The position numbers and the translations under genes are program-made. Positions 1 through 12,854 of a DNA stretch of 64,000 nucleotides are shown here, one piece after another. Positions within the stretch are counted from its first letter, which is position 1. Every line of letters begins with the position of its first letter. Source of the stretch: Fistulifera solaris (Eukaryota); the NCBI GenBank assembly GCA_030295235.1, contig AP026123.1, positions 2,480,001 to 2,544,000 of the forward strand, written 5' to 3'. The notes below the pieces were generated by a model. The model was not told where the DNA came from. It was given only the letters and a program-made list of their open reading frames with translations, and did no database searches.

Positions 1-545
1 CTGTGAACACGGCTACTGCAATCGCAAAAATGATTCCGCCTCCGAATCCGGGTGCTATGCAAGATCGCAAAGGTGCTAAACGGCAGAAATTCGGGTCCGA
101 CAATGGATCCGTCGGAGACCGGCAGACACCCATTATTACCACCGTTCCACCTCCTGGTCCTCAGCGATCGATTCAAATCAACACCATACCGCCAATCAGC
201 AGCAAGAGCAAGCAGCCGAACAGCAAGTCGAAGCAAAAAGTGCTGTCCGAGACAGAGGAGGAAGCCGCTGCCGCCATGACATCCGAAGTAGAGCGAAGTG
301 TTTCAGCGTCGCTTCTGACCTTGGCTTCTACCCCCACTGGTTTATTCAAAGGTCTTTCAACCTTGTTCAGCAATCCTAGTACTAGCGTTGTCATGGGAGC
401 CCAGCCGATACCACCCATTGAACAAGCGCGGCCTCCGTCGCCCGATTTTCCCGCCGCGGGTTTGAAGAAATCAAAGAAGAGTTTGTTAGACGATGACGAC
501 GATGAGCGCCCTGAAGAAGCACGTCTTCGCACTGTACCCTGGTAG
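1..545 (+). CDS. 3' end of a hypothetical low-complexity protein (truncated by window edge)
   Basis: ORF open from window start to TAG at 543-545; no recognisable domain. Confidence 0.5.
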   Translation, partial: VNTATAIAKMIPPPNPGAMQDRKGAKRQKFGSDNGSVGDRQTPIITTVPPPGPQRSIQINTIPPISSKSKQPNSKSKQKVLSETEEEAAAAMTSEVERSVSASLLTLASTPTGLFKGLSTLFSNPSTSVVMGAQPIPPIEQARPPSPDFPAAGLKKSKKSLLDDDDDERPEEARLRTVPW

Positions 546-718
546 TGAAGGCTAGTGATAGATACTAATGTAGTGTATTTTCCGTAAATAATACCGAGTA
601 GATATTAATTTCTATTAAACCAACTACGTTCTGCGTGCTGGATCCCCTCCAGCGGAGTAAACTACTGCCAGTCGTTTTGCATTTGAACTCGGCGAATGTC
701 CCTTTGCACTCGATTCAA

Positions 719-1264
719 TTACAAAAGATCAAAATCATCCAGCTTGTCATTGTATTTTTGTACAGAGCGGCGAATCTTCGACTGGTCTACCCAAGTAACA
801 TAATCTTCCATCGATTTGGTTACTAGAAACGACGGATCGGTTACGACGTTGGGTCCAATTCGTACTTGTCCTTGCTCGATCCAAGTAATGGCAGCCTTGA
901 TTGTCTCTGCCATTTTCAAACGCACCATAATTACAGGTAATCTTCGTCGACACAAAGCGGATACGGTAATCTGTTCTGCCGTTTGTAGTGATTTAGTAGT
1001 ATTAATGCACCCCATATCGTTCAGTTTGGTGAGCAATTGTTCCGTCATGGCAATACGAAACGAGTTATCTGCAGGTAACGTTTTCAATTTGGCCGCTAAT
1101 TTTGTGACCATACCAACTATTCGATTGTAACTGGTGTAATCATCCCGATTCTGCAAATGATATCTTCTCATAACCTTGGCGACTTGCAAGTTGTCTTCGC
1201 CTTTCCATGAGTACAGATCTACTTTTCGGAGAAGTTTCTTTTCATGGTGCTTGAGTTGCCTCAT
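719..1264 (-). CDS. IMP3: U3 snoRNP protein Imp3 (S4-fold rRNA processing factor)
   Basis: MRQLKHHEKKLLRKVD start, CRRRLPVIM and IEQGQVRIGP S4 motifs, 181 aa. Confidence 0.95.
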   Translation of the reverse strand: MRQLKHHEKKLLRKVDLYSWKGEDNLQVAKVMRRYHLQNRDDYTSYNRIVGMVTKLAAKLKTLPADNSFRIAMTEQLLTKLNDMGCINTTKSLQTAEQITVSALCRRRLPVIMVRLKMAETIKAAITWIEQGQVRIGPNVVTDPSFLVTKSMEDYVTWVDQSKIRRSVQKYNDKLDDFDLL

Positions 1265-2433
1265 TTCTACGTTACTAAATTATCCAGCAGTCAGAAAGAA
1301 GTAGAATGATGAAATGCAGATTGAACTGGTTAAATGCTGATAGATTCCAGCGTTCTTGATCATAATGGCATGTCAATGCAAAAGCGTGGTTTTCTTTTCT
1401 TGGTTTTCGCAATGGTGGAGGACAAGGGACGACACGGCCAGACGGACAAGCGATCCGTAAAGGTTAGGGTTTACCATCTTACCGGTCTACTAACGACAAA
1501 AGCGTGACGCTGATGAATATACCACTGTACTCTTTACTATCAATCAGTGATAAAATGGGAAATGGGCCAACATTTTACTACAGTGAGTAGAGAAATGGTC
1601 TGTCCGAGCGGAAATTCTTCATACTAACTTTCGATTAAGAAGCTTAAATATCAATACCGCTCCAATTTGCCGTTCTTACATCAAGTGTACTGCGTTCAGA
1701 AAGGAACGTGGACCCGCGTCGACACTCTCATAGCAAAGAATACTAGTAGAATGATTGTGTCACACCGACCAACGCACCAGCCAGCCATCTCTTCTCATGC
1801 TCGATGAACTTTTTCTTTTTACGTTTACGAGGTTCTTTTTTTTTGCGAAGTGAACAAAGTCACGCTTGAATATTCATCTCAACCAGCTTACTAAACTTAG
1901 ATCTCAAGATACTAAGGGTGAGGAAGTTTCGGCTTGTAGTGATGATCTGTCTTGCTTGAAAATTGCTGCCCGGCTGGTCGAAACTCGGTCCTGTTTCGGT
2001 TGATTTTGGAGGTGCTTAAACGAAGGAGAAGGAGCAATGCATCCCGGTTGCCGTTCGGCGTGTTATCTTTGGTCGCATTAATTAGACGTCTGGGAAGTCG
2101 ACGTGGGGCTCCTCTTGCTTGAAAAATTCTCAATCAGCCGGTCCAGTTTGTTTTCGTGCGACCACGTGGGTCCGAGTTTTCCATCCACCTTTGCTTTGTT
2201 GAGTCAGATCATACACATTTTGATCTTCGCCTTCCCATTTAGCATCGTTGTTTCGACCTTTCTTTGTTATGAGCTTTGCCAAATGCAATTTCCGTTCGTA
2301 TAGCCTTCTCATCCGTTTTGTTTTCTTTTCGCAATTCTATTTCGCCTCTTTCCCTTGTTTCCCACCGACTCTCTCTGTGTAGATACTCTTACAGTTTAAT
2401 CAACCAACGACGAAACAAAACCCCATTTGAAAC

Positions 2434-4243
2434 ATGACGAACGGTGCTACTACCCTTGTGAACCCTTCTTCGGAACGTGTCTTGCGCTCCGCGACGAAGA
2501 ACCCTCTGTTGGGGCCCACGTCTGGAAAGGAGGAACATCTCCATGATGTTGCCCTTGTGGAAGCGGAGGAGAGGTTGATGGATGAGGAGATTACGTCAGT
2601 GGAAGATAATCATGAGGAGATGTCATCGGTCGAAGACAACATGGTCACGGCGGCGTTAGTTGAGAGTTCTCGGAGTGCGCTGAGGAACCATGTCCATAAT
2701 GACGATGAGAAAGGAGATCATACGGATGATGGTAAAGAGGGCCGTTATGGTCTAAGAAAGCGTAGGCGACCCACCGGTCAGGACTTGGAGCGCTTGGAAC
2801 ATTTTCAATCTTCCAAAGACGGCGGGTTGATGCGGTCGAATGCACCTCCGACTTCTCCGCGTGACCTAGATCTTGAGGGTAGGCCTGCCGAGTCACTACA
2901 GATTCGTAAACATGTTGGGACCGAATCAATGCGAAACAAACCGCCTCCGAATGCGAAACCTGCGGAAACGGGACCATCTCAAGTGTCCTTGAACCCGCAT
3001 GCTTCTGCAGTACGCTCAGCTTCACTTCGAACGAAACAACCCGAAAGTAAGGCTACAGCACCACGACCGAATCTTTCCAAAACAAACCCAGTATCGGTGA
3101 CATCTGTTCCCAATCCTTTGCTTCATATTACTGACACCGCTCCCATGGATGCTAGCAAATCGATTCTAGCCGCTTCGCCTTCCCTTCCTCCGCCCGTTGT
3201 TCATATATCTCATACTGTACCTTGCCCACTACCGGGACCCGCCGTCGATGAGTTTTCGGGGGTGCATACTTCTAGTGTGTCTACCAATTTCATTGACAGC
3301 AATCGATCAAATGCGCATAGCACACCGGCTCTGCGAAAATCTTCAGATGCATTGCCTGTGTCGGCGCCAACACCAAATGTCACCTTCGCAATTGGTGATA
3401 TTGATGACGGCGAAAAAGGTCGAAGAGTCACGTTAAATGAACAGCCTCATCTTGGTCCTCGTATCAGGGGCTTTTCCATTGACATGGATTGTAAGTCTCT
3501 CTTATTATTCGCCTCCAAGTCTAGTCGCCACCTAGCATCCATAAACTCACATTTTCATTCGCAGTGGGGCTTGACTTCGCCGACCTAGGATCTTCGCAGA
3601 ATGACTCGGTAGATGGACGCAGTGGCCGCGATCGGGCCTTCTCTTTCGAATGCTTCGCTTTTGGAATCAACGCTGATGAACCTCTTCCTCCGTTGGAGCA
3701 ACAAATGTCGATGATGCAGGGAAGACCAAGAGGTGATTCGCTGATTTTTGATCCCGCCAGCTTTCAAGATGGGGGCATTCATGAAAAGAACGCGCTGGAG
3801 ACGTCCTTTAGCCCCGCCCCGCAGCCGGAGGTGCCACCACCACCACCTCTCAAGGTGGTTCGAGCTCCCCAGCCTGTACCTTCCAAGCCACCGGCCAAAC
3901 TACCCACCATTGCGGAAGCCCCGCGCGTTCCTCCGCCGGTAGTCATGCCACCACCTCGCATCATTCCCACCGAGCCCGTAGTTAGCAGCTCTACCGCTAC
4001 GGCTACACTGTTGGTGAGTCCGGGCAGTTCCACTACGTTATCTTTGGAACTGGTGAACAAGGACGGACGCATCGGAATCTATTTACCCGACGCACGTCGT
4101 GCTCGCATCGCTCGGTTCCACGCGAAGCGCGCCAAGCGCATTTGGAGAAAGCGCATCAAGTACGATTGCCGCAAAAGCTCGCCGATTCCCGCCCTCGCAT
4201 CAAAGGTCGTTTTGTGAAACGCACCGACATGGATGACGAATAA
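2434..4243 (+). CDS. CCT-domain protein
   Basis: Intron 3491-3564 (GT..CAG) joins ORFs in frame. C-terminal GRIGIY..RRARIARFHAKR..RIWRKRIKYDCRK(K)LADSRPRIKGRFVK CCT motif needs one extra A in the run at ~4173-4176. Confidence 0.85.
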
Positions 4244-4349
4244 TCGTTTCGTTATTGTATAATTAATTCTCATTTGTCGTATTAAGTCAAGCTTGTGTTT
4301 TTTGTTACGGTGTGTTCTTAAACAGATCATGAACATGTTTTACTCTTAA

Positions 4350-4849
4350 TTATTTGAGAAAATCGTAAAAGCCCACACCTTCCGAGATGGCATACGCCCC
4401 TCGACCCACAACCGACAAAACGACAGTCGACCAAACAAACACGAGACCGAGCTCTTTCGGCTTGATCTCCGAATAATTGACTTTGACGCCTTTGCGTTGC
4501 GACTCAAATCGCTGATAGGCCCAATCGTTGGGATTGCGCAAATAGGCATCCATATTTCCCTGCGCTTCATTGCGACTGACGCCATCTTGTGCCATGAATT
4601 TAAGGACCGCCTGCTCGTAATCTCGTTGTTGAAAAATGCGGGAGAAGAATGGTTTCGGGCCGTGCATCAACAATGTTTTACCGGGGCCATAACCGGCCTC
4701 GGGTCGTTCGTCGGGTGAATTGGCCACCCATTGGCCGCCGACGAAACGGGGGCCATGAAATGTGTCGTTGCTGCCGTTCGGCCTGGCGAAGAAGGCGAGA
4801 AGGCTTGAGTAGCAGTGATTAGAAGTGAAAGAAGGAGTAGTGATCGCAT
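4350..4849 (-). CDS. Small plastid-targeted membrane protein of unknown function
   Basis: Signal peptide ending TQA-FSP (ASAFAP-like); frameshift near 4755 joins to ORF with a C-terminal TM segment. Confidence 0.65.
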
Positions 4850-5586
4850 CTTTTCTCACGAAGTAATGATATTAGATACGAAGTAGATTTGGTTGTTGCT
4901 TTGCAAAAGTTGTCGGAAAAAAGCGCACCCGTTTTGTCCTTGAGGTTTGTGACGTGTGACGTGGTTATCGGTTGTCCGTTGCACATACCGGAAAGACGAG
5001 AAGACAAATTTGCATTGTGCAAAGTGCAGAGAGAGTTCTGCTCATCAAAAAGAATAAAAGGGAATTTCAAAGCATAGATTGACGAAATGCAACATAGTGA
5101 ATACCAAAAGACCTGTCAAAGGGCGCTTTACGAATCATTGAATCTTTTAGGCCCGAAACAAACAAATATTCATAACCGAAAAGCAGTCGTAGTAACATTC
5201 CTCCTACATTTTTAGATAAATAAATGCAAAATCAACAATCCGCAAGTTTCTGGGTATTTCTTTAGGGCAGTCAAAGGGAAGGCGTGTCCTGCACATGATG
5301 CGTAAAGTATTTTGCTGTGCATAGCTATCCCAGGTCGGTCTCGGGAAAATACTTGATTCATGACTAAACGCAGTCTTGTAAAAGTGAGACTACAATTGAT
5401 AAGATAGTCATCTATAAATACCGGAAAGACACTCTGACATCGGGCATCCGCCTCGTTTTCATCTGCGGTAATATTCCATGCGTGAAAAACATCGCATTGA
5501 ACGCTCATCATTGTTTTCGATGTAAACATCCATCGACGAACTATTGCACTGTTAATCATTCAATCAACCCAAAAAACCTACATTTC

Positions 5587-6686
5587 ATGTCCGCGGACGA
5601 CATTATTGCGCCGACCGAATTTGATTATCGCGCCAAAGTCAAAGAAAATGAAGATCTCCGGAAACGCATTGATGCTTTGAAACAGCAAGTTCGTAGTTTG
5701 AAACACAAATGCACAGCGTTGGAAAAATGGAAAGCGGAACAGAAAGCCGAACGAGCGAATCAAAAGAAAATGCAGAGCAGTGATACTACTATGGTTTCTA
5801 TGGAACAAGTGCAACAATTTTTGGCCGAATACGGAGGCCTGAGTCGATATACCATTGTCGATGACGAGTGGCACAATAAACACCCGAAAGCGGCGAATCA
5901 TTTATTAGGTTTTCCATCGTGGGAAGAAGGGAAACAAATTATGAAATTGCATTTCCCCGACTTAGTACAATCCTGTCCTAAGTTGTATCTCAGTCGCAAC
6001 AGCAAGCGACTGCAGTTGAAACGGGCACGACGCTCTTTGAGCGCTGCGTCGCCGTGAAGCTTATGGAGCGACTCGGGTTGGCGGCGAGTAAGTGTGGGTC
6101 CATTTATAGTGCGGATGAACGAACAGTAAAGAGTTGGCGGGCCGAATGGCAACGGAAATGGGGGATTGATGAGATTAAAGTATTTCAGTGTCAGCCATTG
6201 CTCGGACCTTCCGCGGTCAAGAAACGAAAACGGATGAATGAAATGATAACCGCCACCGAAATGACGGCCCCGACGTATGAAAGTGGAGTCATCGAGCGAA
6301 GCAGTGCTTCCAATTTTACATCCAGGCCTCCCATGGCGCAAGATGCGTCCAGTCAATCACAACCTCTCGGCAATCTAGTCAGTACGGGGCAGGGGCATGA
6401 CGAGTATTTGATGCATCAAGACACCATGAATAGACAAGCGGAAGAAAGACACCATGAGGCTGGGGCATTAGCACCCGCATACATGATACACGAACCATTG
6501 CCACCACCGCCTTTAGCGGCAGCAGTTGCCGCTTTTATTCGCAACAACAACGGAGGCATGCATCCATCCTATCGTGGACCTTACGACACGGGAGGATATT
6601 TTTATAATCAACATGTCGCGATCTGCATAATTGAACCTGCTGAAAACTATAATATTCAGAGTCCTTTGCTCCTTGCGGATGACTAA
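5587..6686 (+). CDS. Hypothetical coiled-coil protein
   Basis: Two abutting ORFs (5482-6057, 6054-6686) joinable by one indel near 6020. Confidence 0.55.
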
Positions 6687-7540
6687 AGTCTCAAAGTGCG
6701 CTACCTCTAGAGCACTACTTTATCCAGCATCCTTATTGATTATTGCTTTCGTGTTTGCAGCAGCTCTGTGCAAAGATAAAAAGACGCAATCACGGATCTA
6801 ACCATCTAGATTTCCTTCTTGATCGTTCTTTATCCATTATTTGGGTTTAATGCCATCAAATGGTATGATACTGCCAGAGCTAGAGAGAAGCTTAGACGAG
6901 AGAGAGATGCTTAAACTAGAAAAAGACAATAGTCGATAGAGTTCATTTTGCATCCCCTAAATCCTAGCAAATGAACTTTGAGACGGTCCCTTCATCAACT
7001 GACGACTCTCCACTCTGCACACTGGGTCATGAAGTTGTCTTTCTTTGTTGTTTCGTGTCTTGGTAAGAAGCAAGGAACAACAAAACGTGCCATCGCGTCG
7101 ATCTCCACTCACGACCAGATGCACGACGACTCACGACTCACGTATCGGTATCCCCCCTACTAGATATATGCCCTGCCTACTGCTTGGTCCAGAGTGAGGA
7201 TTGGACAACTCTTTATTTAAAGACAAGATAAACATAAGCCCTCTATGTGTTTTGTACGTTCACCATAAACAATTATGGCTGATTCACGGATTGCTTCTTT
7301 CGCCTCTTCAAATGGAATGTCACTTTTACAGTAATGTTTTAGACGTTAGGCGTAGCCGTACTGACACGAATTTAAGCCCCTTGTTGAGGGACTCAGGACC
7401 TTCACGGAGAAGAACGCAAAGAGCAAAGATCAAAGATGCGAGATGCGCTCTCGAAAACACACTCCGCTCTAAAAAAGGACCTCTTGTTGCATTCAATGAT
7501 CATCGCTAAAGGGGAACAAGTACATTAGCAATAGCAACAG

Positions 7541-8634
7541 ATGGATCGTAACAATATACACAGATGCATATCGTCCTACAAGCTGCGGCCGCGATCCGAG
7601 CCGACGCGAGGCGTCGTTCGGCGTTGTTCCTCGTATTATCCCTCCGGAAATCGAACCGTGTCGTTTAGTAAGGAGCCTTCGTGGTCGTACGTCCCATCGC
7701 TGGACTGCATGTCGAAGGAAACTATCTCTGCCGTGTGGTTTTCGTCGAAAGAATGCGATCGGATGAAGGACGATGCTCTCCGGCATGTCTCCGCTATTGA
7801 TGCCGGACTCGTCGACGTGGACGCCCGCGGCTTGGAGGAAAGGACCGCCGCTGGAGCGTGGGAGGCCTTTCAATCCCGGAGTCAAGCTTACAATCTTGTT
7901 TTAGGATTACAAGAACGACAAAAGAAAGCCAAAGAGGAGGATCCACATGCTATTGCTGAAGTGTATGCGGAACAAAGTCGATTACGCATGGCCATAGCAC
8001 AAGCACGAGCTCAAGAAGACGAAAAAGTCGCCCAGAAATACTTGAATTCTACCAAACTGGAGAGTCGTATGACAGTACGCCGTATTTCTCTGGCAATGCT
8101 GGACATACAAAAGAAAGCAACCCCACAGCGTTCATCCTCTGTCGAGAGCATGAACAATTGGGAGAATCTTTGCTGGAAACGAAAGAATCCTTGCGTAGCA
8201 TTCAAGTACCTGACGATGACGAGGAGGAGGAAGCGGAAGCGGAGGAGCCCAGCGACAATAAGGGAAAGAAACTTATCAAAGTAAGAGTCAAAATATCCAA
8301 ATGTCTCAGCGAACTGACCGATTCTACCGAATCGACGGGAGCAATGACGGATGAGTCGGAGTCGTCATCCATATCGGATGACTTTACCGATGAAACCGCT
8401 TGCCTCATGGAAAGCCGGGCATCCTTATGCTCGGTCAAACTGAAGACGAGTAAAGACAAAAAGAAGAAAGAAGATAAGGAACACAAGAAAGATAAGACCA
8501 AAACGAATCGAAAAGCTAGAAGCAAGGAAGAACTCAAGCGTTTGTCGCCGCTAGGGGCGCCCACATCACAAGTATCTGCAGAGGAAAGAGCGTCTTTGCT
8601 AACTATCATCACCCGACCGAATATTGTTTCATAA
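7541..8634 (+). CDS. Hypothetical diatom-type protein
   Basis: VSFS..WFS..E..RMK..RGLE pattern typical of diatom-specific family; frameshift in G run at ~8160. Confidence 0.6.
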
Positions 8635-9104
8635 TACCATTCCGCTCATACCGTTCGCTCTATTTGACAAACCGGGTTTTTGGTTCTTGCATTGTAGTAA
8701 CTTAGATAAAAAGAATTAAAACTTGATTTGATTCTATCAAAGCGGAATGCTTATGATATTGACCTCGTACGACTTCTATTTCGTTCACTGGCTTGACCTA
8801 GTCTGCGATACTATGTCTGCGTATTTTACTACCAGTATGAACCCAAGTGTTGTTCGTATTTCACCACGACTGCTCTCAGTCATGAGCAGATTGTAACTGT
8901 CACTAAGGGCGCTAGTCTGGTCGAAAGTGTACATATGACGGTTCCTATTTAACGGGGTCGATCGAAGCGACCTAATTTACTTATGTCGAAAAACTGATAT
9001 TAGAAGGTGGTTGGCGGTTGATGATATTTTTTCCGCAACGCTTGGCAAAGCCAACCTCATTTTTCATTTGTCGCAATCCATGCAACACGGATAAGATCAG
9101 GATC

Positions 9105-9830
9105 ATGTCTTCCTCAAGTCATCTTTGTGCAGTTTGTCTTCAAAAGGCGAAGTACCGTTGCTCGCGCTGCCAAGAGACTTGGTATTGCTCGGTCGAACAT
9201 CAACGACAAGATTGGAAGTCGCACAAGGCGTCCGTCTGCTTGTCAGAAGATCCTCGTGTGCTCCAACTGATCGAAGCGATCTCGTGTGACAATAAAGCAG
9301 TAGTGAAGAAGTTGGCTTCCATCCCAGCTGTATTGAATGGAAGAGTCTCGTCGTATAATCCTACAGGACAGCCGCGAAGCTTGCGCAAGAAATGGTCTCC
9401 TTTGCATGAATGTACCCGAGTCGCCAACCTCACAGTGCTCAAGCTACTCTTGAAACAAAAACCCAATCTCGAAGTCGAAGACGAGACTGGAGCAACGCCT
9501 TTGTTTGTTGCAGTCAGTGTTAAGGCACATAAAGTCATTCGCACTTTACTCAATGCAGGAGCCGATCCAGATGCCACAACCATGGAAGGCTGGTCGGCGT
9601 TGGTGATTGCCGTTCGTAACTCCGACATTGAAACGGTGGAGACGCTTTTGCAAAACGACGTTGATGTGATGGGTAGTCGCGACCCTCTGGGACGTAACGC
9701 CCTAGACGTAGCTGAAAAGGTCGCCGCCGGTCGAGGGATGGCTTTCGGACTTGGCAAGACGACTTGGGAAACGTGCGAGAATGCGCAGGATATTGTGGAT
9801 ATGCTCGTTGGTCACTTGGATGATTGGTAG
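9105..9830 (+). CDS. MYND zinc finger + ankyrin-repeat protein (copy 1)
   Basis: CAVC..CSRC..WYCS.EHQ..DW..HK..C plus SPLH/TPLF/SALV ankyrin repeats. Confidence 0.9.
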   Translation: MSSSSHLCAVCLQKAKYRCSRCQETWYCSVEHQRQDWKSHKASVCLSEDPRVLQLIEAISCDNKAVVKKLASIPAVLNGRVSSYNPTGQPRSLRKKWSPLHECTRVANLTVLKLLLKQKPNLEVEDETGATPLFVAVSVKAHKVIRTLLNAGADPDATTMEGWSALVIAVRNSDIETVETLLQNDVDVMGSRDPLGRNALDVAEKVAAGRGMAFGLGKTTWETCENAQDIVDMLVGHLDDW

Positions 9831-10417
9831 TGACGAGAATGTACTTGATTGTAGCTGCGATCTCGGTGTTGGTGATAAGAAGGGCACTGGACGAACTAAA
9901 TTTCGCAACCTATCCAAATAGACTACTAAAAAGCATAACGGAGTACTTTATAATGCATGAAGTTTCCGCATGACTGAATATCTTTCTAGTTTTTGGGCTA
10001 CTTACCCCGTAAAATCACAGCGTACTGACTGATTTTACCATGACTGCTCTTTCTATCCAGAGAGGACGTTGTTTTACTCGTTGAGCTTTTGTGTTTCTTT
10101 CCTGCTCTGCCTAGTTTGTTTCTTCGTGTGCTGACACTACCAGAAAGCGTCGGTCTGATTGGTAAGCAACTACAAGTACAGTAATGGCTATTCCATCCTT
10201 ACAAAGTCGAGATCGTAAACTTAGCGAACGATCTTCGATAGTCGGGACTGAAAATCATTTCAGTCGGAGAAATCTTGATTCCGGAGTACTTTTATTGCTA
10301 TACTAGACCCACCATCGTTTCGCGGATTTTTCGAAACGCCAGTTGACCACAAAAACACAAAAAGATCCGATTGCAACTAGCTCAATAACAAGAAGCTGCC
10401 TATAGCCTGTACTTGTC

Positions 10418-11131
10418 ATGCCCATGGAACGCCCTCTTTGTGCCGTTTGTCAGCAAGAAGCGACAGAACGATGCTCGCGCTGCCAAGAGACCTGGTATTG
10501 CTCAGTCGAACATCAACGACAAGACTGGAAAGAACACAAGGCAACGGTCTGTCTCGCCGAAGATCCTCGTGTGCTACAGTTAGTGGAAGCGATTACGAAC
10601 AATAATAGAGCCGTGGTAGAAGAGTTGGCGTCTATTCCAGCCGTGTTGAATGGCAAAGTTGCGTCGTATACTCCTAACGAACGAACTTTGCAGAAATGGG
10701 CCCCATTGCACGAATGTGTTCGATCTGCCAACCTCGACTTGCTTCAACTACTGCTACAAAAGCAACCCAAACTCGAAGTCAAAGACGATGACGGAGAGAC
10801 ACCCTTGTTCATTGCCGCCAGTGCTCGAGCGCCCCGCATCGTGCGCGCTTTACTCACTGCGGGCGCCAATCCGAACGCTTGCGGACAAGATGGATGGTCG
10901 GCCTTGATGATGGCGACACGGAATGCGGATTTGGAAACCGTACAAGCATTCTTTGATAGTGGTGCTGACGTCTATGCGGGTCATGACATGTTTGGTCGTT
11001 CCGCAATGGATTTCGCACAGGCATTGGCCACGGGTCAAGGATTACATTTTAGAGAGGGCGAGGATTTTGAAGAAGTCTTGGAGAGGGCGCGCCAAATGCC
11101 GGCTTTGTATCAGGCCTATTTGCGTGCATGA
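10418..11131 (+). CDS. MYND zinc finger + ankyrin-repeat protein (copy 2, tandem paralogue)
   Basis: Same architecture, clearly similar to 9105-9830. Confidence 0.9.
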   Translation: MPMERPLCAVCQQEATERCSRCQETWYCSVEHQRQDWKEHKATVCLAEDPRVLQLVEAITNNNRAVVEELASIPAVLNGKVASYTPNERTLQKWAPLHECVRSANLDLLQLLLQKQPKLEVKDDDGETPLFIAASARAPRIVRALLTAGANPNACGQDGWSALMMATRNADLETVQAFFDSGADVYAGHDMFGRSAMDFAQALATGQGLHFREGEDFEEVLERARQMPALYQAYLRA

Positions 11132-11413
11132 AGAATACGATACTTTTTGAGTTATCGTATCTTGCCAGAAACACAACACGGCTGCAGAGTTTTTAATCAT
11201 TCATGACTACCCAAAACATTTTTAAAAATAAATTAAAAACTAAGCTACTCTTTCAACGACGTATAAAAGTGAACGTCCTCCACTTCCTAGGTACGACTAG
11301 TCCAGCTAAAAAGTAACTTGGCGTTTCAAAGCCTTCAGCGATCTTCGTCAACAACGTTCGCTGCTTCGTCTCCAAATGATACTCGATACATCATTATGTT
11401 TTGTTATTCAAAA

Positions 11414-11500
11414 CGCGGACAAGGTGGAATCGGACCACTACGCCTCTCGGCGTCCACGGATTTGAAGTCCGCGCCCAACACCAGTCAGGATCATGCCCGC
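11414..11500 (-). tRNA. tRNA-Sec (selenocysteine, anticodon UCA)
   Basis: Minus strand GCGGGCATGATCCTGACTGGTGTTGGGCGCGGACTTCAAATCCGTGGACGCCGAGAGGCGTAGTGGTCCGATTCCACCTTGTCCGCG. It has a 9-bp acceptor stem, 6-bp D stem, CTTCAAA anticodon loop, long variable arm, 4-bp T stem, G discriminator and a following TTTT terminator. Confidence 0.95.
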
Positions 11501-11623
11501 TTTTGTATAACTCTACACACTACAAACAAATAAAAAAGAAAAGTTACACTGACCTCGGCTCCATGTTTTGTGGGCGTCAACAGTCCAAAGTGTGAAATAG
11601 TATATCATTCTTAAAACAGCAAT

Positions 11624-12517
11624 TTACGCACGTCCCAAAGACGCCAATTTCTTGGCTTCTTCTTCCGCCATGGCCTTGGCTCGCTTGTCCAACTTGGCCT
11701 GCGTCTTGAGACCCATGATACCACCACCCCACTTGCGCAAGGCATCGGGATTCTTGTTGAATTTCTCTTCGGCCAAATTTTGCAACAATTGCAATTGCGA
11801 GGCGTCGGCCTTTTCGACTTGCGTCAAACAGACGGCGGCGGCCGTTTTCATGTGCACGAGCGCACCGAGGCGGGCCTTGTCCTTGACAATCATGTACGGG
11901 ACGTTCATTTTACGGCACAATGCGGGCAACCACATGACGAGTTCAATGGGATCCACGTCATTGGCGATGAGTACGAGTGACGCTTCCTTTTCTTCAATGA
12001 GCGAAGTGACATTCTTGAGTCCATATTGAACCGTCTTGGGACGGGTGTACTCGGGTTCCTTGCCGGCGGCTTTGGCAGCGGCCGCTTCCTTGATGCGTTG
12101 CTTCTTGGCAGCCGGTGTTTCGGGACGGTACTTGTTCAACAACGTAAAGACAGTCATGGCTTCATTCTTATTGAGTGGCTTGGTGAATTGGTTGATCGCC
12201 GGTGGCACTTTGAGACGTTGGTAAAGAACGGACTTTTGACGTTGCAGACGCACGTAGGCGGGCCATTTGACGAAACGACTCAAATCCCGCTTGTTGGGCT
12301 GAATATCACCTCCAATGTTAAAGTTACGAGGACGAGAAGGAAAGAGAGGATCCGCGGCCTTGACGACTTTGGGCTTTTCTTCCGTCTTTTTGGTGGATTT
12401 GGTAGACTTGGTTTTCTTGGCCTGTAACGAGAAAGAGAGTGTGTGTGAGCGAGACTGTCCGTCAATAGAAAGGAAAAGAGAGAGTTGAGACCGGATCTCA
12501 TTGATAACACTTACCAT
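11624..12517 (-). CDS. RPL7A: 60S ribosomal protein L7a (eL8)
   Basis: RDLSRFVKWPAYVRLQRQ, LVLIANDVDPIELV, WGGGIMG; ATG followed directly by intron 12514-12422. Confidence 0.97.
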   Translation of the reverse strand: MVSVINEIRSQLSLFLSIDGQSRSHTLSFSLQAKKTKSTKSTKKTEEKPKVVKAADPLFPSRPRNFNIGGDIQPNKRDLSRFVKWPAYVRLQRQKSVLYQRLKVPPAINQFTKPLNKNEAMTVFTLLNKYRPETPAAKKQRIKEAAAAKAAGKEPEYTRPKTVQYGLKNVTSLIEEKEASLVLIANDVDPIELVMWLPALCRKMNVPYMIVKDKARLGALVHMKTAAAVCLTQVEKADASQLQLLQNLAEEKFNKNPDALRKWGGGIMGLKTQAKLDKRAKAMAEEEAKKLASLGRA

Positions 12518-12854
12518 GATGAAAAATTCTAAGAGGGTGTGTTTAATTTTGATTGACAACAAAGTGACGAGATAGAGGACTCTGTCGGATTTTTGTGTGA
12601 AAAAGCTAGTAAAGCGGTAAGTTGGCAGCGTCTTGCATGCCATCCGACAATCTTTCTGTGACGTGCGAGGTGCGAGCCACATCATCCGCGTCTGGTCGTC
12701 CCCCGTCATTCATTCATTTGACGAAAAACGGCAACAAAATCAACCACGCAAAACAACACGGCAAAACTCTTTTGCTCATTTCTTCACTTCATTTCCTGAG
12801 TTCGTTATTATCTCGAATCTTTGTTGCTATCAATTACTCAACTCAAACATTAAC

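Noticed and set aside
6040..6070. In-frame TGA as a selenocysteine codon
   Set aside because: The downstream ORF is in another frame; an upstream indel explains the break.
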